Part shown: positions 49,910 to 62,068 of the stretch, piece after piece | Position numbering within the stretch: position 1 is the stretch's first letter | Layout of the letters: the number at the start of each line of letters is the position of its first letter | Origin: Dicyema japonicum | Lineage: Eukaryota; Animalia; Dicyemida | Reading direction: 5' to 3' | Length of the DNA: 64,000 nucleotides | Assembly: GCA_011109175.1 (NCBI GenBank) | Contig: RDEW01000041.1 | Location: 248,001-312,000 of the forward strand | Made by a program: the position numbers and the translations under genes | The notes under the pieces: model-generated | What the model saw: the letters and a program-made list of their open reading frames with translations, nothing else | Databases searched by the model: none | Told to the model about the DNA's origin: nothing

Positions 49910-51378
49910 TATTTGTAAGAAATTCTAAAATTTCATAAAAAATTCTTACTATTAGCAATAGTTTGGTCAAATTATATATATAAATTTGATAAATTAAGTC
50001 AAAAAAATTTTTTTGATTTTTTTCTAAGTCCACTAGTGCAACGCGTAGCGCTCGGTAACGCCTGTGACATAATAGAATCAAATAATTTAACAATTTTTAT
50101 TTAATAGCCACCTAATTACTGATTGTAGAAGCAGAGTAACATAATCTACTCCTAGGTCATACAATATTCATGGAAAAGACGATCGCACTTGCTATTTCGT
50201 TTATTTTTATTAAATATTCATTTTTGCAACTATGAGCCCTGAATAGTTTGGGGATTTGTAGGTACACTCGACCCTCGCAAATTAGCAATTTTTGGTTCCT
50301 TAGAATTTGGACAATTTAAAAAAATTAACTTAATAATTTTGACGAACAAAGAATTTTTTTAAAAAAGCCCTAAATGAATAAAAAACGTATTTAAGTGTAT
50401 TAAAATAAAATTTAATTCTTAACTGTTTTTTCTTTCCTTCAATAAAACTTGCTTTTTAATTCTTTATTGAAGAAATTAGAGAAACTTCATGTTCATTCTC
50501 AACATTAGCCAAGAGTTCCCTCTCCATTGGTTAATCAAACTACAATATCCATTTTGTCCACGTCTTATTTTTTCAGATTCTTGTTCACTATTTTATTAAT
50601 CTTCTAAATAATTTTTATTTTCAATAAATTTTCAATTTTCCATTATTCAATATTTAAAAAATCCTCAACATTGAGAGGATCAAAAATGTCTGTTCTTATT
50701 GCTGTATCGTTAATATTAATTTCCAGATTTTCGTTATTGGAGTTATTTAAAACTCAAACAATTCCTGATCGTCCTTTGACCACCCATAAACCAGAAATGG
50801 TGTACTTCTTCAGTAAAATATTATTTATTGTTTACTCGATATAATCTTTCGAAATATGTTTGAGAATATATCAGCTAACTGCTGGCACAAAATAGCATCA
50901 TTTTCTTTATAATTAAGCTTTTCATTAAAAGTAAGCCGATTATAGCGTCCACGAGAGTAATTGGAAGACATGTCTTAATTAAATTTTTTTTTTTTCCAAT
51001 TTGTATTAAAAATTAAATTAAGAATTGGGTAATTAATAAAAAGAATGGGATTTTTTTCTTTGAAATTTTTTTTAAAAAATGCCCACCTTTTCTTTAAAAA
51101 TCGTTCAAAATGTGGAATTCTGTCTATAACAAGAATTTTGTTATATACGAGTCTTCAAACGGAAATATCCTATGAAAAGACCCAATTCAAATTCACGCTG
51201 AAAATGACGGCTTGCTTTAATTAATATTTGTTTCAAGGGAACCCGGTATTTGAGGCTAGATGGGAGGATATTGAGAGTAACCGGGAGAACCATGATATAA
51301 CAATGATTTATTGACTATTTTTAAATAAATTAAATTATAAAAGTTAATAAGAAATTTATTTTTAAATATAATCTTTTG

Positions 51379-51682
51379 ATGGATGAGGTGTACCAAAAAT
51401 ATCAGGAATATGTAGCCAACAATGATGGAGTATTGGTCATTGACCGAAAGGGATTATGCCTGGACAGTACTTTCTATATAATCTCAAAGGCTCTGGAACT
51501 GCAAATCCAGAGGACGCCCCAATTTTGGCGAGATATTTCGTTTGTCAAGGTCAATTCGTACGTCCACCTTAAACCCTCCGGTAGTTTACATCCACAGAAA
51601 ATTAAGGTACCTTCCACATGTTGATTTTAGCAAAATAGTAACAAGCTGCACTGATGACATCGTCTGTTCCATTTATTTTAAT
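51379..51682 (+). CDS. LAMTOR5: Probable Ragulator subunit LAMTOR5 (HBXIP)
   Basis: A small roadblock-like protein: MDEV..GVLVIDRKGLCL(D)SSGT. It has a 23-nt intron after GLCLD. The 3' exon structure needs small indel corrections. Confidence 0.6.
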
Positions 51683-52119
51683 AAAAATTAACCTAACATT
51701 CCTTGTAGCTTAATTTGGTTTTTACTAGCAATCTGGGTTTTTTTCTGGTTTTTGCCTGTTAATAAGGAGATGCTAGTCTATTTGCTTATTCGTGATTCCC
51801 ACGTGTTTATCATTTTAAACTGGCAATTTGTCCCAATTGAATTTGAGCCGGTCTAGGGACCCTTCGTATTTAGTCCCTTTAGACTTCACCACCTTTTCTG
51901 TGGACGATGAATTTACCAAATAATGTTGGTGGAGAAAAAGAGTATATACACGTGATTATAAAAGCAAGATAATTAATGGATATCAATAAACACTGTTAGC
52001 AGTCCTAATATAATATATTCCCTTACTTTCATTGAGATTTTGAGATACGATAATAAATTTTCTTTACTGTGTCAAATCTCCTCATTCTGGAGTCTAGTTT
52101 CATGAGCCAAATTTTCAGG

Positions 52120-53120
52120 CCCCGCTGAGAGAACGAGGAAGGCAGAAAAAGCTGATAAGCACGGCTCCAGGCCTCACGAACATGGCCAGCGTCCCGGTCA
52201 GTAGAGAATTCAGGGAGAGAGTAGAATCTTCTTGACAAGGGTGTTATAGGCCATTAGCGACGATAGATATTCAGGGAGAGAAAGGTCTACTGGGTTGCGA
52301 ATTCCAAGTCCTTCGAGTCTCACCGGCAGCGTGGCTTACTTTCATGAGTAATCCTTGAACTTGACGTTAAAGATATGCTCCGCTGTTGTACGGAAGATCC
52401 CATTAAGCCGTGCGAGTTGGTCACACAGGGTGAAATAGGGAGCAGTCCTCAGGACATATGCAAACCTCTGTACGTTGAGACTGTTTTTCAGAAGGAATAA
52501 TGACGTATGCATGTCAAGTAGGCACAAGAGGTCCAAAGTCTCTCCGAGTAACAGTCGTTTTTCACGCATAGTTCTTTCCATTGCATTTATGGCGAAGGGA
52601 TCCGAGAAATATAAGGTCTTCATCGGGTGTGGAAATACTTCCAGGTAGTAAAACTTCTCTTCTGAAAGTCCGCAATTGTAGATTTCGCATTTAGTGTATA
52701 TCAATTCCAGTCTAGCTTCTGACAGTGCTTGACACTTCCAAATCCCGGAAAACAGTATCCGGAGGTCCTCATCCAGATACCATAGGTTGAGGGACGAGCT
52801 TGGAAGTTTGGTGATTTTCTCTATTGCAAAACAAAACAATAAGGTCCTAGGGGATCTCCCTGTTGCACTCCAGAATACGAATAGATTAGGTAGTCCCCGA
52901 AAAGTAAGGATGAAGGTAGGCTGTATGACTGATTCACATATTCGAAAATACTAGGCATCTTTCAACACATGCTTCCAGGATATTGTCCCTCATTAGACTA
53001 TTGAAGGCGTTCTTGATGTCCAGTTTGACAAGGATATGTCCCCGGGAATCTTCTATACCGCGGCTTAGGAATGTCCTCACTGAATGGACAGCGACCTCGC
53101 ACTTTTTATTTTAATTAACA
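52120..53120 (-). mobile_element. Degenerate CRE-like element (third subfamily)
   Basis: Contains LVKLDIKNAFN and SSLNLWYLDED..LLCLLDMHTSLFLLKNSL..YVLRTAP. Confidence 0.8.
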
Positions 53121-54669
53121 TGCCAAACTTGACACTGCCGCATACTGACCACACTCTCTGAAGATCTCGAACCTCAGAAAAGCCGGGAAGATCCCAGTAA
53201 AAATCCATAAAGGAGTAAGAATCATGCACTGTCGTGTCTTTCAGATGCCATTGATTACGCACTGTCCTCTGACAGTTGGGAATCCTGGCTAAAACTTATA
53301 TGCTTCGCACCTGTCGCATTCGGAATACCTAAAAAGAACAATAGTAACAAATCCTGAAACTGAAAGGAAGCATAATGAATTTTAGCAGTCATAACATACA
53401 CGCAATACTTGAACAGCCACTTAATGTCAATGAGGTTGAAACCAGAGGAGCATACACCAAAGACGTCTTTAACAAACTAAAGGAGAGAGTAAACTGGAAA
53501 CTTCTGGAGGGCGACTGTGGGCAACCTTACGGGTAATCACTTCCGATGACACTTGTCTTGTACCCCCGAGGTCCTGAATACCTTATGCACCGACTGACTA
53601 TGAAAAGTTTTTGAATCCTGAAGGATCCACGTAGATAATCATAACCGAATCCGAAGTGCGCTGCGGAATAGTATCCTTCGCCGCTAGCAGCAACGGAGGC
53701 TTGGAAGGGTTACGTCCTGGGCCATATTAAGACCTTACGTCCACTTACACCTCGGAAGCTGGATAATGTCTTGTCAAATCAATTACGGACCTAATCAGAA
53801 AAATGGTTAACGGCGACATCCCATAATATGCCAGAGAATTGCTCTTCTCCGCAAGCTACTTGCTTTAAAAAACCAAATGGGGGAATCCGTCCCATTGGGG
53901 AACTATTTAGAAGACTTGCAGCAAAATAGCATCGACCCATGGTGAGCCAACAACTTAGAGAAAAAGTTCTTTCCTGAACAAATGGGTGTTAGTATCCAGA
54001 ACTGATGTGAGGCAGCGGTTCATGCAGCAAGGCGTTTCTTCACACAGAAAAATATTTCAAATGAATGTATTGGAATCAAGTTGGACATAACGAATGCATT
54101 AATTCTTAAAAGAGATAAATTATGGAAACGAGTTGGAAGAGGGCTCCAAAGCTTTCCCTCTTGTCAATTATCTATGGGGAAGATACGTCTCTGTTTTTGA
54201 AAATGAAATTATTAAATCAAAAACCGGGGGTCCAACAAGGAGATCCGCTCGGACCTCTCTTATTGACTCTGAACGTTGATGATGTTGTGAGATCAATTGA
54301 TGCATGGCTAAATCTCTGGTATCTCGACGATGCCACAATTGGAGGATCATTCAAGGAAACATACAATTCATTACTAAAGCGTTACCCGGTTTAAACACTT
54401 GGGCTTGGACATCAATGTTAACAAATCAGAGCTAATAAATGTCTCATCCAAACACCGACTTTCTTCATATCAAGGAGTCTTTACGAACTGCTTCCTGGGA
54501 TCCCGAATGTGCCAGCTGATAAATTATATTTTCTCGGATGCCCACTCAGCCAATAAGAACTCAAAAACCATCTACTTTCCAAAAACGAAGAACTAACACG
54601 CCTCGCGAAAAGATTGTCATGTCTTGACTTTCACACATCCTTTTTCCTGATGAGAAACAACATCAGACT

Positions 54670-54983
54670 TTGCCCACGTAATGGATCATGGATGCTAAGA
54701 CCCGTAGTCGTGGTTTCGGATTTCTTCGCGTCTGTGAGAAAGATGGAAACCCGCTTCGCCTGATCACTTCCATGGCAAAAGAAAACCGATTGGATAGGAT
54801 ATTCCCCTCCCCGATTGGATTCCTCTGCAAGACTGAGAGAAGGCTCTTCCAGAAAGTAGTGGGGACAATGGAAGATCACAGACGTCGACTGGAACAATTG
54901 ATTGTGAAGACTGGAATCCACCTAACTGTTTGACTCCTTTGTCTTCTTTCTCGGTGTTCCCTGGGTTATTAAAATAAACAAAT
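54670..54983 (+). mobile_element. Family A LINE 3' fragment inserted in the CRE-like element
   Basis: GFLRVCEKDG matches 1780-1810 and it ends with the family A hairpin plus AAATAAAC. It interrupts the CRE sequence CATC(A/G)GACT|..|AAGCTTTT. Confidence 0.85.
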
Positions 54984-55514
54984 AAGCTTTTACATCTACT
55001 CCGATGTTCACCCTGCTACGGACAATACGACAGTCTACTTTCGATAGACAAATCTCTCAAAAAAACTGTTGAGTCACTAATTAACGTCCGCTTCGACGAA
55101 CTTGGTTGGAAGCAATGTAAGGTTCCCTCTGGATTTGCGGGTGTCGGTCTAAGATCAGCGCTGGCGGTTGCGTACCCGGCGTATCTATCGTCTCTCTCAA
55201 GCTGCAGCCATTTTACACGGCAAGTCCTTTATCACACTATTAGACTTTGCTGGAATGAGTCATTTGACGAAGCTTGTCGGAAATGGAACGAGTCCGGACT
55301 CATTATTCCCGAAGACACAACGAAGCAACGTAATTGGAATAACCAAAATTTTTGAAGACCTTAAAAAAGAAGCAAATCAACATCGTATGGCTTGTTGGTG
55401 TCAACTTCAAGTGGAGGGAGTGGAGCATGGCTTGGTTCAATCCCTTGCCCAAACCTAGGGACTCTTTTGGTCGACGAATCTTTGAGGATTGAAATCGGAC
55501 AAAGGCTAGGACTA

Positions 55515-56876
55515 TACTATTTTCACTTCAATTCTGACATTGACAAAGCAATATTCATTATTGACAATGCGATAAGCAATATTGACATTTTTGCATCAAT
55601 TTTAACAATGCGATTTCAATTTTAGCATTTCAATATACATTTTGACAATGCAATTAACAATAATTAACAACTTAATCATATAATGGAATCCCAATCGTAC
55701 AATTTCCATTTATTTTTTCAACATTCCTGTAAAAATGTCGTATTTTCTCATGCGTTAGATGTGGTATAGAATAGTCCAAAGCATTTTGTAGTAATTGAGC
55801 TCGAAATTCGGTCAGAGTTCCATTTCCTGCTGCAATAACATCACTATGGGGATTGTTGTGATTAGATAAATACGTCTTTTCCAAGCCTTAAGAATGAAAA
55901 AACAGCCTTCGCATGATTAAGTTGAGGAGAATATGGTGCATCAAATTTTCGTATAGTATGTTCTACTCGGGTACCTTCAAAATTTCCTTGTTTTTTATAG
56001 ATTGGAGCATTATCCATATAAATAATAAGTTCCTCTCCAACTAAACTGTCAGATAATGCCGTCATAAAATTGATAAATTTCGATTTTATAGATCCAATGT
56101 GTGATTCAATTCTCACAATTGTTCCGTTGTCACCATTGCCTAAATAACGTTGAGATTCACCCCTTTGCTTGCCCTTACTGGAACTATCGCACGTGATCCT
56201 ATATGGGATCGGCGAATTTTTTTAATTTAAAGAGATTGAATTGTTTTTCGTCCAAATGTATTTTTCTATTTGTATTAAGTTGATAATCCAATGCAAATAT
56301 TTTTCTTTTTTTCTATATTTTCCAGACTATTCCTGGAAATTGGTTCTCTTCGCAGCATTTTGTAGGCAATCGGCCATCAAGTCGGTTATATATTGTCGCA
56401 ATACAGACTTTATTATTTACCAATGTTCGTATTTCCTTCAATGTTATCGATGGATTATTCTCAATATTTTCAATTGTCAAATTCACATCATCATCAGTAA
56501 GTTTAATCGTAGCATCCCTTCTACCTCCACGTTTACAAACATACTGATTTCCACTTTTAACGATGGCTATAGCTGTTGTCCTCTTGACTCCAAGATCTCG
56601 AGCAAGCTGTATATAATCGCCATCCTTTTCATCCTTATTTATAAGTGCTCTTCTCGAAGCTTCTGATATTCTTGAATTTTTTCTTGACATAAAATTGGTA
56701 CAAGAACAACGAATCAAGAAATATAAAATAAATCACAAATCGTATTTGGATCAACTATGATAAACGAAATCAAAATTGATATAAAAAATGTCAAAATAGA
56801 ATATCGCATTGTCAATATTGCATATTGCTTTGTCAAATTTGATATAAAAAATATCAGAATTGAACTGAAAATGGTA
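55515..56876 (-). mobile_element. Tc1/IS630-like DNA transposon, degenerate
   Basis: Imperfect TIRs TAC(T/C)ATTTTCA(C/G)TTCAATTCTGA..TTGACAAAGCAATAT. The TA is duplicated in the CRE target GGAC-TA-GACG. It has an HTH (LARDLGVKRTTAIAI..NPSITLKEI) and DDE remnants IYMDNAPIY and APYSPQLN. Confidence 0.9.
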
Positions 56877-57451
56877 TAGACGTTTGCCGGGAGCACCGAT
56901 GCCGCTCCCGGAAAATAGTCGATACGAATGGATTGCACCCGCTGTCCTTCAGAAGAAGCGCCGGAGAGCTCTGAAGGCTACAGCTTCCCATCACAGCTTG
57001 AACCCGTGGGTCTCGATCGAGGAGATGGAAAGAGACCTTTTTCATGCACATCTGGAAGACCTTTGGTCTGGGACGCAACTTGTGTTGACACATATTCAAG
57101 CACGAACCTTTTCAAATCGGTTCAGACATTTGAAGCAGCTGCTTCAATTGCGGAAACCTAAAAATCAAGAAATATTCTTGCCTCGGGGACTGGTACCGAT
57201 TTACTGTTGCGGTCGAGTCATCAGGAGCCGTTGGTCCAATTACGGCTAAGTTCTTGTGCGAACTCGAGGAATGCTTGCCAGAAAAATAAGGGATCAGCGA
57301 GAAGGGTTATGGGTGAGACCAAAGATTGGAATGGCCATACTCCTAAGAAACTCGTTCGCGATCCACGCAGCAGGCTTCCTCAACTAGCATTTGTTTCTTT
57401 GTTAAATAATTGTCTTTAAAAAATAAAAATTAGCATATTACTAACAAAAAA

Positions 57452-57516
57452 TGCCCGAGTGGGACTGGAACCCGGGAACTTAGCGTTATTAGCACGAAGC
57501 ACTAACCAACCGGGAC
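57452..57516 (-). pseudogene. tRNA-Ile(AAT) pseudogene
   Basis: The minus strand reads GTCCCGG-TTGGTTAGTGCTTCGTG-CTAATAA-CGCTAAGTTCCCGGGTTCCAGTCCCACTCGGGCA followed by TTTTTT. The 5' D-stem strand (about 8 nt) is missing and the T-stem has mismatches. Confidence 0.7.
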
Positions 57517-58599
57517 AAAATAATTGAATTATATTTTGAATTTCAAGTAATACTTTTTATGTTGGTTTTCGAAAACGCAAAAAAATTGACTGAAGAAATT
57601 ACTGAAGATACAACACCCTAAGTAGGACGACTTGCTTTAGAACTTCATTTGTTTCGTGAGATTTGTCAGCACTTTGAAAGATGCCCTGTGGCTAATTACT
57701 TTCTTCCTCTCTAGGCTTTGATCGCTATTGTTGTCACACAGAAAAATGCAAGTGGTTGACTGACTTTTTTAAATGTTCTAACTACGTGAAGGATCCCTTG
57801 TGGAGAGTTACAATTAATCGCCTACTTCCTCAATTCCAGCTTCTCCAATAATAAGGGCATATCTAATGTCACGAAACTGCTTAATTGCAGAGAAGTAGAG
57901 ACGAGTATACAAGAAGGACGATCCTCAAAATATCGAAGAGCTCTGTGGGCGAAATTTCTGTATATGGCACTGTGTATTTTTGGGAACCACGTATGTTTAT
58001 CGTTTTGAAAGATTTTTTGGGAAAAGGATGATATTCTAAAGTCGTTGAATATCATTGGAAGACGAATCACTCTAGTAGAAGACACTCCAGTGGATATATC
58101 CCCGATCTTATTAAAATATTATCAATTATTAGCCAAATTGGAAATCCCGTGTATGTGACTGCGTATACTGTTTTTTAGTTAAGAAGTTCGAGGCCCTCCG
58201 TGTACACAGCTTTTTTCACCTCGCTTATCTGGATTCTTTTCAATGATACACTTGACAGGGCTGATTTGACATCAAAGACCTCGAATATGTTTGTATTTTT
58301 TGGTAAATAAACCTAAATTCTTTAAATTCTTATGAATTAGAGATTCCAAAGGAGTTGGTTCTAGGGAGATAAAACCATCTATATAAGGATTCCTCAGGCA
58401 TTAATCAATAGTGTATGGTAGTGTATCCAGTCTGAAAATTCTATTTATAATCCCTTGGAATCTTGCTCCCATTGAAAGTTCCCCTTTGATTTTCAATAAC
58501 AAAGGCACTTCATGTATCGTAAATGGCTGATAAAATAGTGATTGAGGTTCCAAAGTCTTAGATACACATTTGATATTATTATAAGCAACATAATGCACA

Positions 58600-60000
58600 T
58601 TTATTATTAAGACACTTTCACGAAAGCCATAATGTTTATAGCCCCGCATGTACACCACTCAAAGAAACAATGTTTATAGTTAATCTCTTCCATCTTCCTC
58701 TGTCGAATGAGTAATCTCAATTCCCCGTCTTTAGATTTTTTCTCACACGTTTAGGAAGTGTCGATCTAGGTCGTCCGCGGAAGGGTTTGTCGCACTGTCA
58801 AAGTAATCTTCCATCGCTTTGTTAGCGGGTGCGTCCGGGTTCATTCTTAGTACATGCCCAAATAGCCTCCACCGGGCGTCTATCACATCCTTGCTGAGTT
58901 AAGAACACATACACTTGTTGTAGATAACAGTGGTTGATATTCTACGTGGCCACTCCACTCCGAGTAAGCTTCTTAGTTGCCTTTTATGGAACGAATCCAG
59001 TTTCAATAGTTCGTTGAAGGAACTTCCCCATGTCCCAGCGTTGTACAGTAGGATCGGTTTCACAAACGCGTTGTAAAGCCTGCATCTGATGTCAATTCCA
59101 AGTCCTTTGGCTCTTAGCCATCCTTTCTTTAGTTTAGCCATTGCCGCATTTGCCAGTGTTTTCCTCCTTAGTACATCTTCAGCGTCTCCTAGTAGAGAGC
59201 CGAGCTTATTAGTACGTCTCCATCTTTCATGAGTAATATCGTCTTCTCTTTTGATTTCCGTAATTTCAGTTTTGTTAACATTTACGCTGAGAAACCATTT
59301 CTCAAGCTCCGCAGGTGCATTTTCTAGTAGGTGTTGGAGTGCGGTCACATCCCGTGATACAAAATCCACATCATCCGCATAAGATGTCTCTTCTATGTCT
59401 CCTATATAGCATTTACGGAGGTCGCGGAGTGCAGATTCAAGGTATATGGTGAATAGTAAAGGGGAAAGGGAATCACCCTGGGGTGTCCCAATCGTTGTTT
59501 TGAAACTGCGGGAAGTTACTCCTTCTGTCCTCACAGATAGTCTTGTGTTTGCAAGTAGTAGTCTGATTATCCTAACCGACGATTCATCCAATATTTGCTC
59601 AAGCACATTTATCAGTTTCTGTCTGTTTATTAAGTCGAAAGCTCTGGAGAGATCTATTCCCAACACGGTCGTTGCGCTCTTGAATCTTTGGCGCGTTGCG
59701 CAGCGCCATCTATGGCTCCATACAATGTCTGCCGTAGACCTCCTTTCTTGGAACACACATTGACTTGCTGGTAGGTATAGATCTGCCACACCTTTATCCG
59801 GCTTAGTACAATGTTTGCCAGCACCTTGCGTATCGAATTCAGAAGTATTATCGGGCGGAGATTTTCTACTGGTCCTTTTGATTTGTTCGGTTTTTGTATG
59901 GATATTAATAGTCCATTTCCAAGTCCTAGATCGGTATTAGTATCAAAGACGTCATTTAGGGTTTTTGCAATTGTGTCGCTATGTTTTTTTCCTTAGCTAA
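58600..60000 (-). mobile_element. 5'-truncated RTE-like LINE (family B) with a 296-aa open RT region
   Basis: Motifs LGIDLSRAFD, GTPQGDSLSPLLF, SYADDVDFV, KLGSLLG and GHVLRM..FRGRPR. The 3' end with a TAA-type tail is at about 58600-58650. Confidence 0.92.
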
Positions 60001-60163
60001 GAAAAACAACCGTCGTGTTCGACAACAATCATTGACTAAAGTTTAAGCACACCTGTAGCCAAGTCATAATATGCACGCAAGCGTGACATCGTAGTCATAA
60101 CAAGGAGAACGGCACTGGTCAGGTCTTCCCATCAGCCAAGAAGGAATTAAAAAATTAAGGTAC

Positions 60164-60195
<32 letters not shown>

Positions 60196-61720
60196 AAAAA
60201 GCACTTTCACAGAACCAAAGAACGTTATATTAACAAAGGTCCCGTTTGTGACACACGTTTCAAAATCTGCTTCACTAGGCGTCTCCGTCGCCCTCTGCTT
60301 TGCGCCTCATTTTTTATAGCCTTTTCACGAGAGCCATAATATTTATAGCTCCGCATAGGCAGGACACACAGTTTGTTCTCATTGTTAAAGTAATTATCCA
60401 TTATTATATTTGCAGGGGCGTTTATGTCCATTCTAAGCACGTGCCAAACAGTCTCCATCTTGATTCAATAATGTCGATGCTTATTGGCCTCGATTGTGCC
60501 ACAGATTATAATTTCTTATTTGAAATATTTTTGGGCCAACCTAGGCCCATTAAATTGCGTAATTGTTTTCGATGAAATATTTCAATTTTCTTGAGCTCTA
60601 GCTCTGTGGCCCCTGTGTACTCGAGTTGTACATAAGCACCGGCTTTATATATGCGTTGTATAGTTTTATTCTTAGATTTGTTTTTTTAGTTTTCGTCGAC
60701 TCCATATCTTCTGCATTTTCTTATACATGGCAATGGCTAGAACTTTTCTATACATCATGTCCTTACTATCACCAAGTAAGGATCCCAATTTTTTTTTCCT
60801 CCAATTTTCATCAATATATTTTATTCCATTGTGATTCTTGTGTGTTCAGTCTTTTCCTGATTAATTCGCAGAGACCAATTCTTAAATTTTCCAGGGATTT
60901 TTTCTAATGCAAGTCCAAGTTCCAGATCATTTTCTGACACAAAATCTATGTCATCTGCATACATAATCTCCATCGGCATGCATCCTTCACATTTTGTTCT
61001 AAGAGTTCTCAATTCCGCTTCCAGTTATACGACGAATAGAACCGGAGATGAGAGTCTCCTTGAGGTATTCCAACTATTGTTCCAAAAGGCTTCGATGTCG
61101 TGTTCCCAACTCGTACAGTTAATTAAGTGTTTGATAATAGGAAACGGACAAGTCTTGTGTCATCCTCATCAGCAACGTCCAACAATGTTTTTCTGTTGAC
61201 AGTGTCAAACGACCTGGACATGTCCACTTCCAGAGTTTTAAAATCACTCCTGTATCATTGACACATAGCACATATCCACCTGTGAGACCAAACAGCATTT
61301 GCGGTCAAGCGTCCCCTTCTGAATCCACTCTGTCCCGGCGACAAAATTTCATAAACATCAGAAGATAACCGACTGAGAGATATCAGGGATAGTATCTTTC
61401 TTAATGTTTCCAGTAATATCACTGGTCTTAGATTTTTTATCGGTCCCTTGCTTGTTCCTGGTTTATGCAAAGGAATTAAAATTCCATCACCAAGTTTCAA
61501 GGCGAGTGCATCTCAAATACCTTATTGAAAATCTTTGTAATTAGGGTTGTCAGTTCGCCTGGTGCGTACTTGATCATTTCTCCATGTATGTTGTCAGGTT
61601 CCGCTGCCCTGTTGTTGTTTAATTTAATGATTAGTTTCCTCTGTAGATATCGGTAGATTCAGGCTTTTTGGTGATTTCTCAAATGGCTCCACATCTGAGG
61701 TTTCATTAAGGTACTTCAAT
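60164..61720 (-). mobile_element. Degenerate RTE-like LINE (family B) with a (TAA)10 tail
   Basis: Motifs NNRAAEPD, LRPVILLETLRKI, QSGFRRGR, MYADDIDFV and HVLRMD. The (TTA)n run on the + strand is at 60164-60194. Confidence 0.88.
60312..60377 (-). mobile_element. 66-bp SINE 3' fragment inserted in the RTE copy
   Basis: TGTGTGTCCTGCCTATGCGGAGCTATAAATA(T)TATGGCTCTCGTGAAAAGGCT is nearly identical to 48043-48096. It is flanked by CTCATT direct repeats at 60306-11 and 60378-83. Confidence 0.85.
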
Positions 61721-62068
61721 GTCATTAATAAGACCGATTCCTCGTTAAATTAGTTACAACTAACATTTTTTAACAATCTTTAATTTTTCAGCCAAACACA
61801 TTTATTCCCAGTAACTCAATTTCTCTAAATAACCAAAAGCCATCAGCCTCTAACAATGCGACACTCCCTTTAAATCAACCCGCCCGAAGCTATTCATGGA
61901 AAGAACTAGCTAGTCTCCTTCAGATTCGCTTGAATATTCCAAAGCAACGAAATCCTAAGAATTCAGCTAATTCATGATCACGTGACCTATTGACTGCCAT
62001 GCCCAGTTGTGGGAAATATAAAGGCGTGTGAAACACCAAAAATGTTAATGTTATTACCACCAAATCAG

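Larger units (their letters stand above)
53480..57420 (+). mobile_element. CRE-like family C copy carrying two nested insertions
   Basis: Colinear with the reverse complement of 12640-14350 once 54670-54983 and 55515-56876 are removed. It retains LG(L)DVCREHRCR, GDGKRP and LVWDATCVDT. Confidence 0.9.

Noticed and set aside
50025-50080. Helitron 3' end (GC-rich hairpin plus CTAGT on the minus strand)
   Set aside because: The hairpin is weak and unusually close to CTAG. No 5' TC end or RepHel remnant was found.
50250-50300. TACACTCGACCCTCGC as the left TIR of another Tc1/pogo element
   Set aside because: No matching right TIR or transposase was found in the window.
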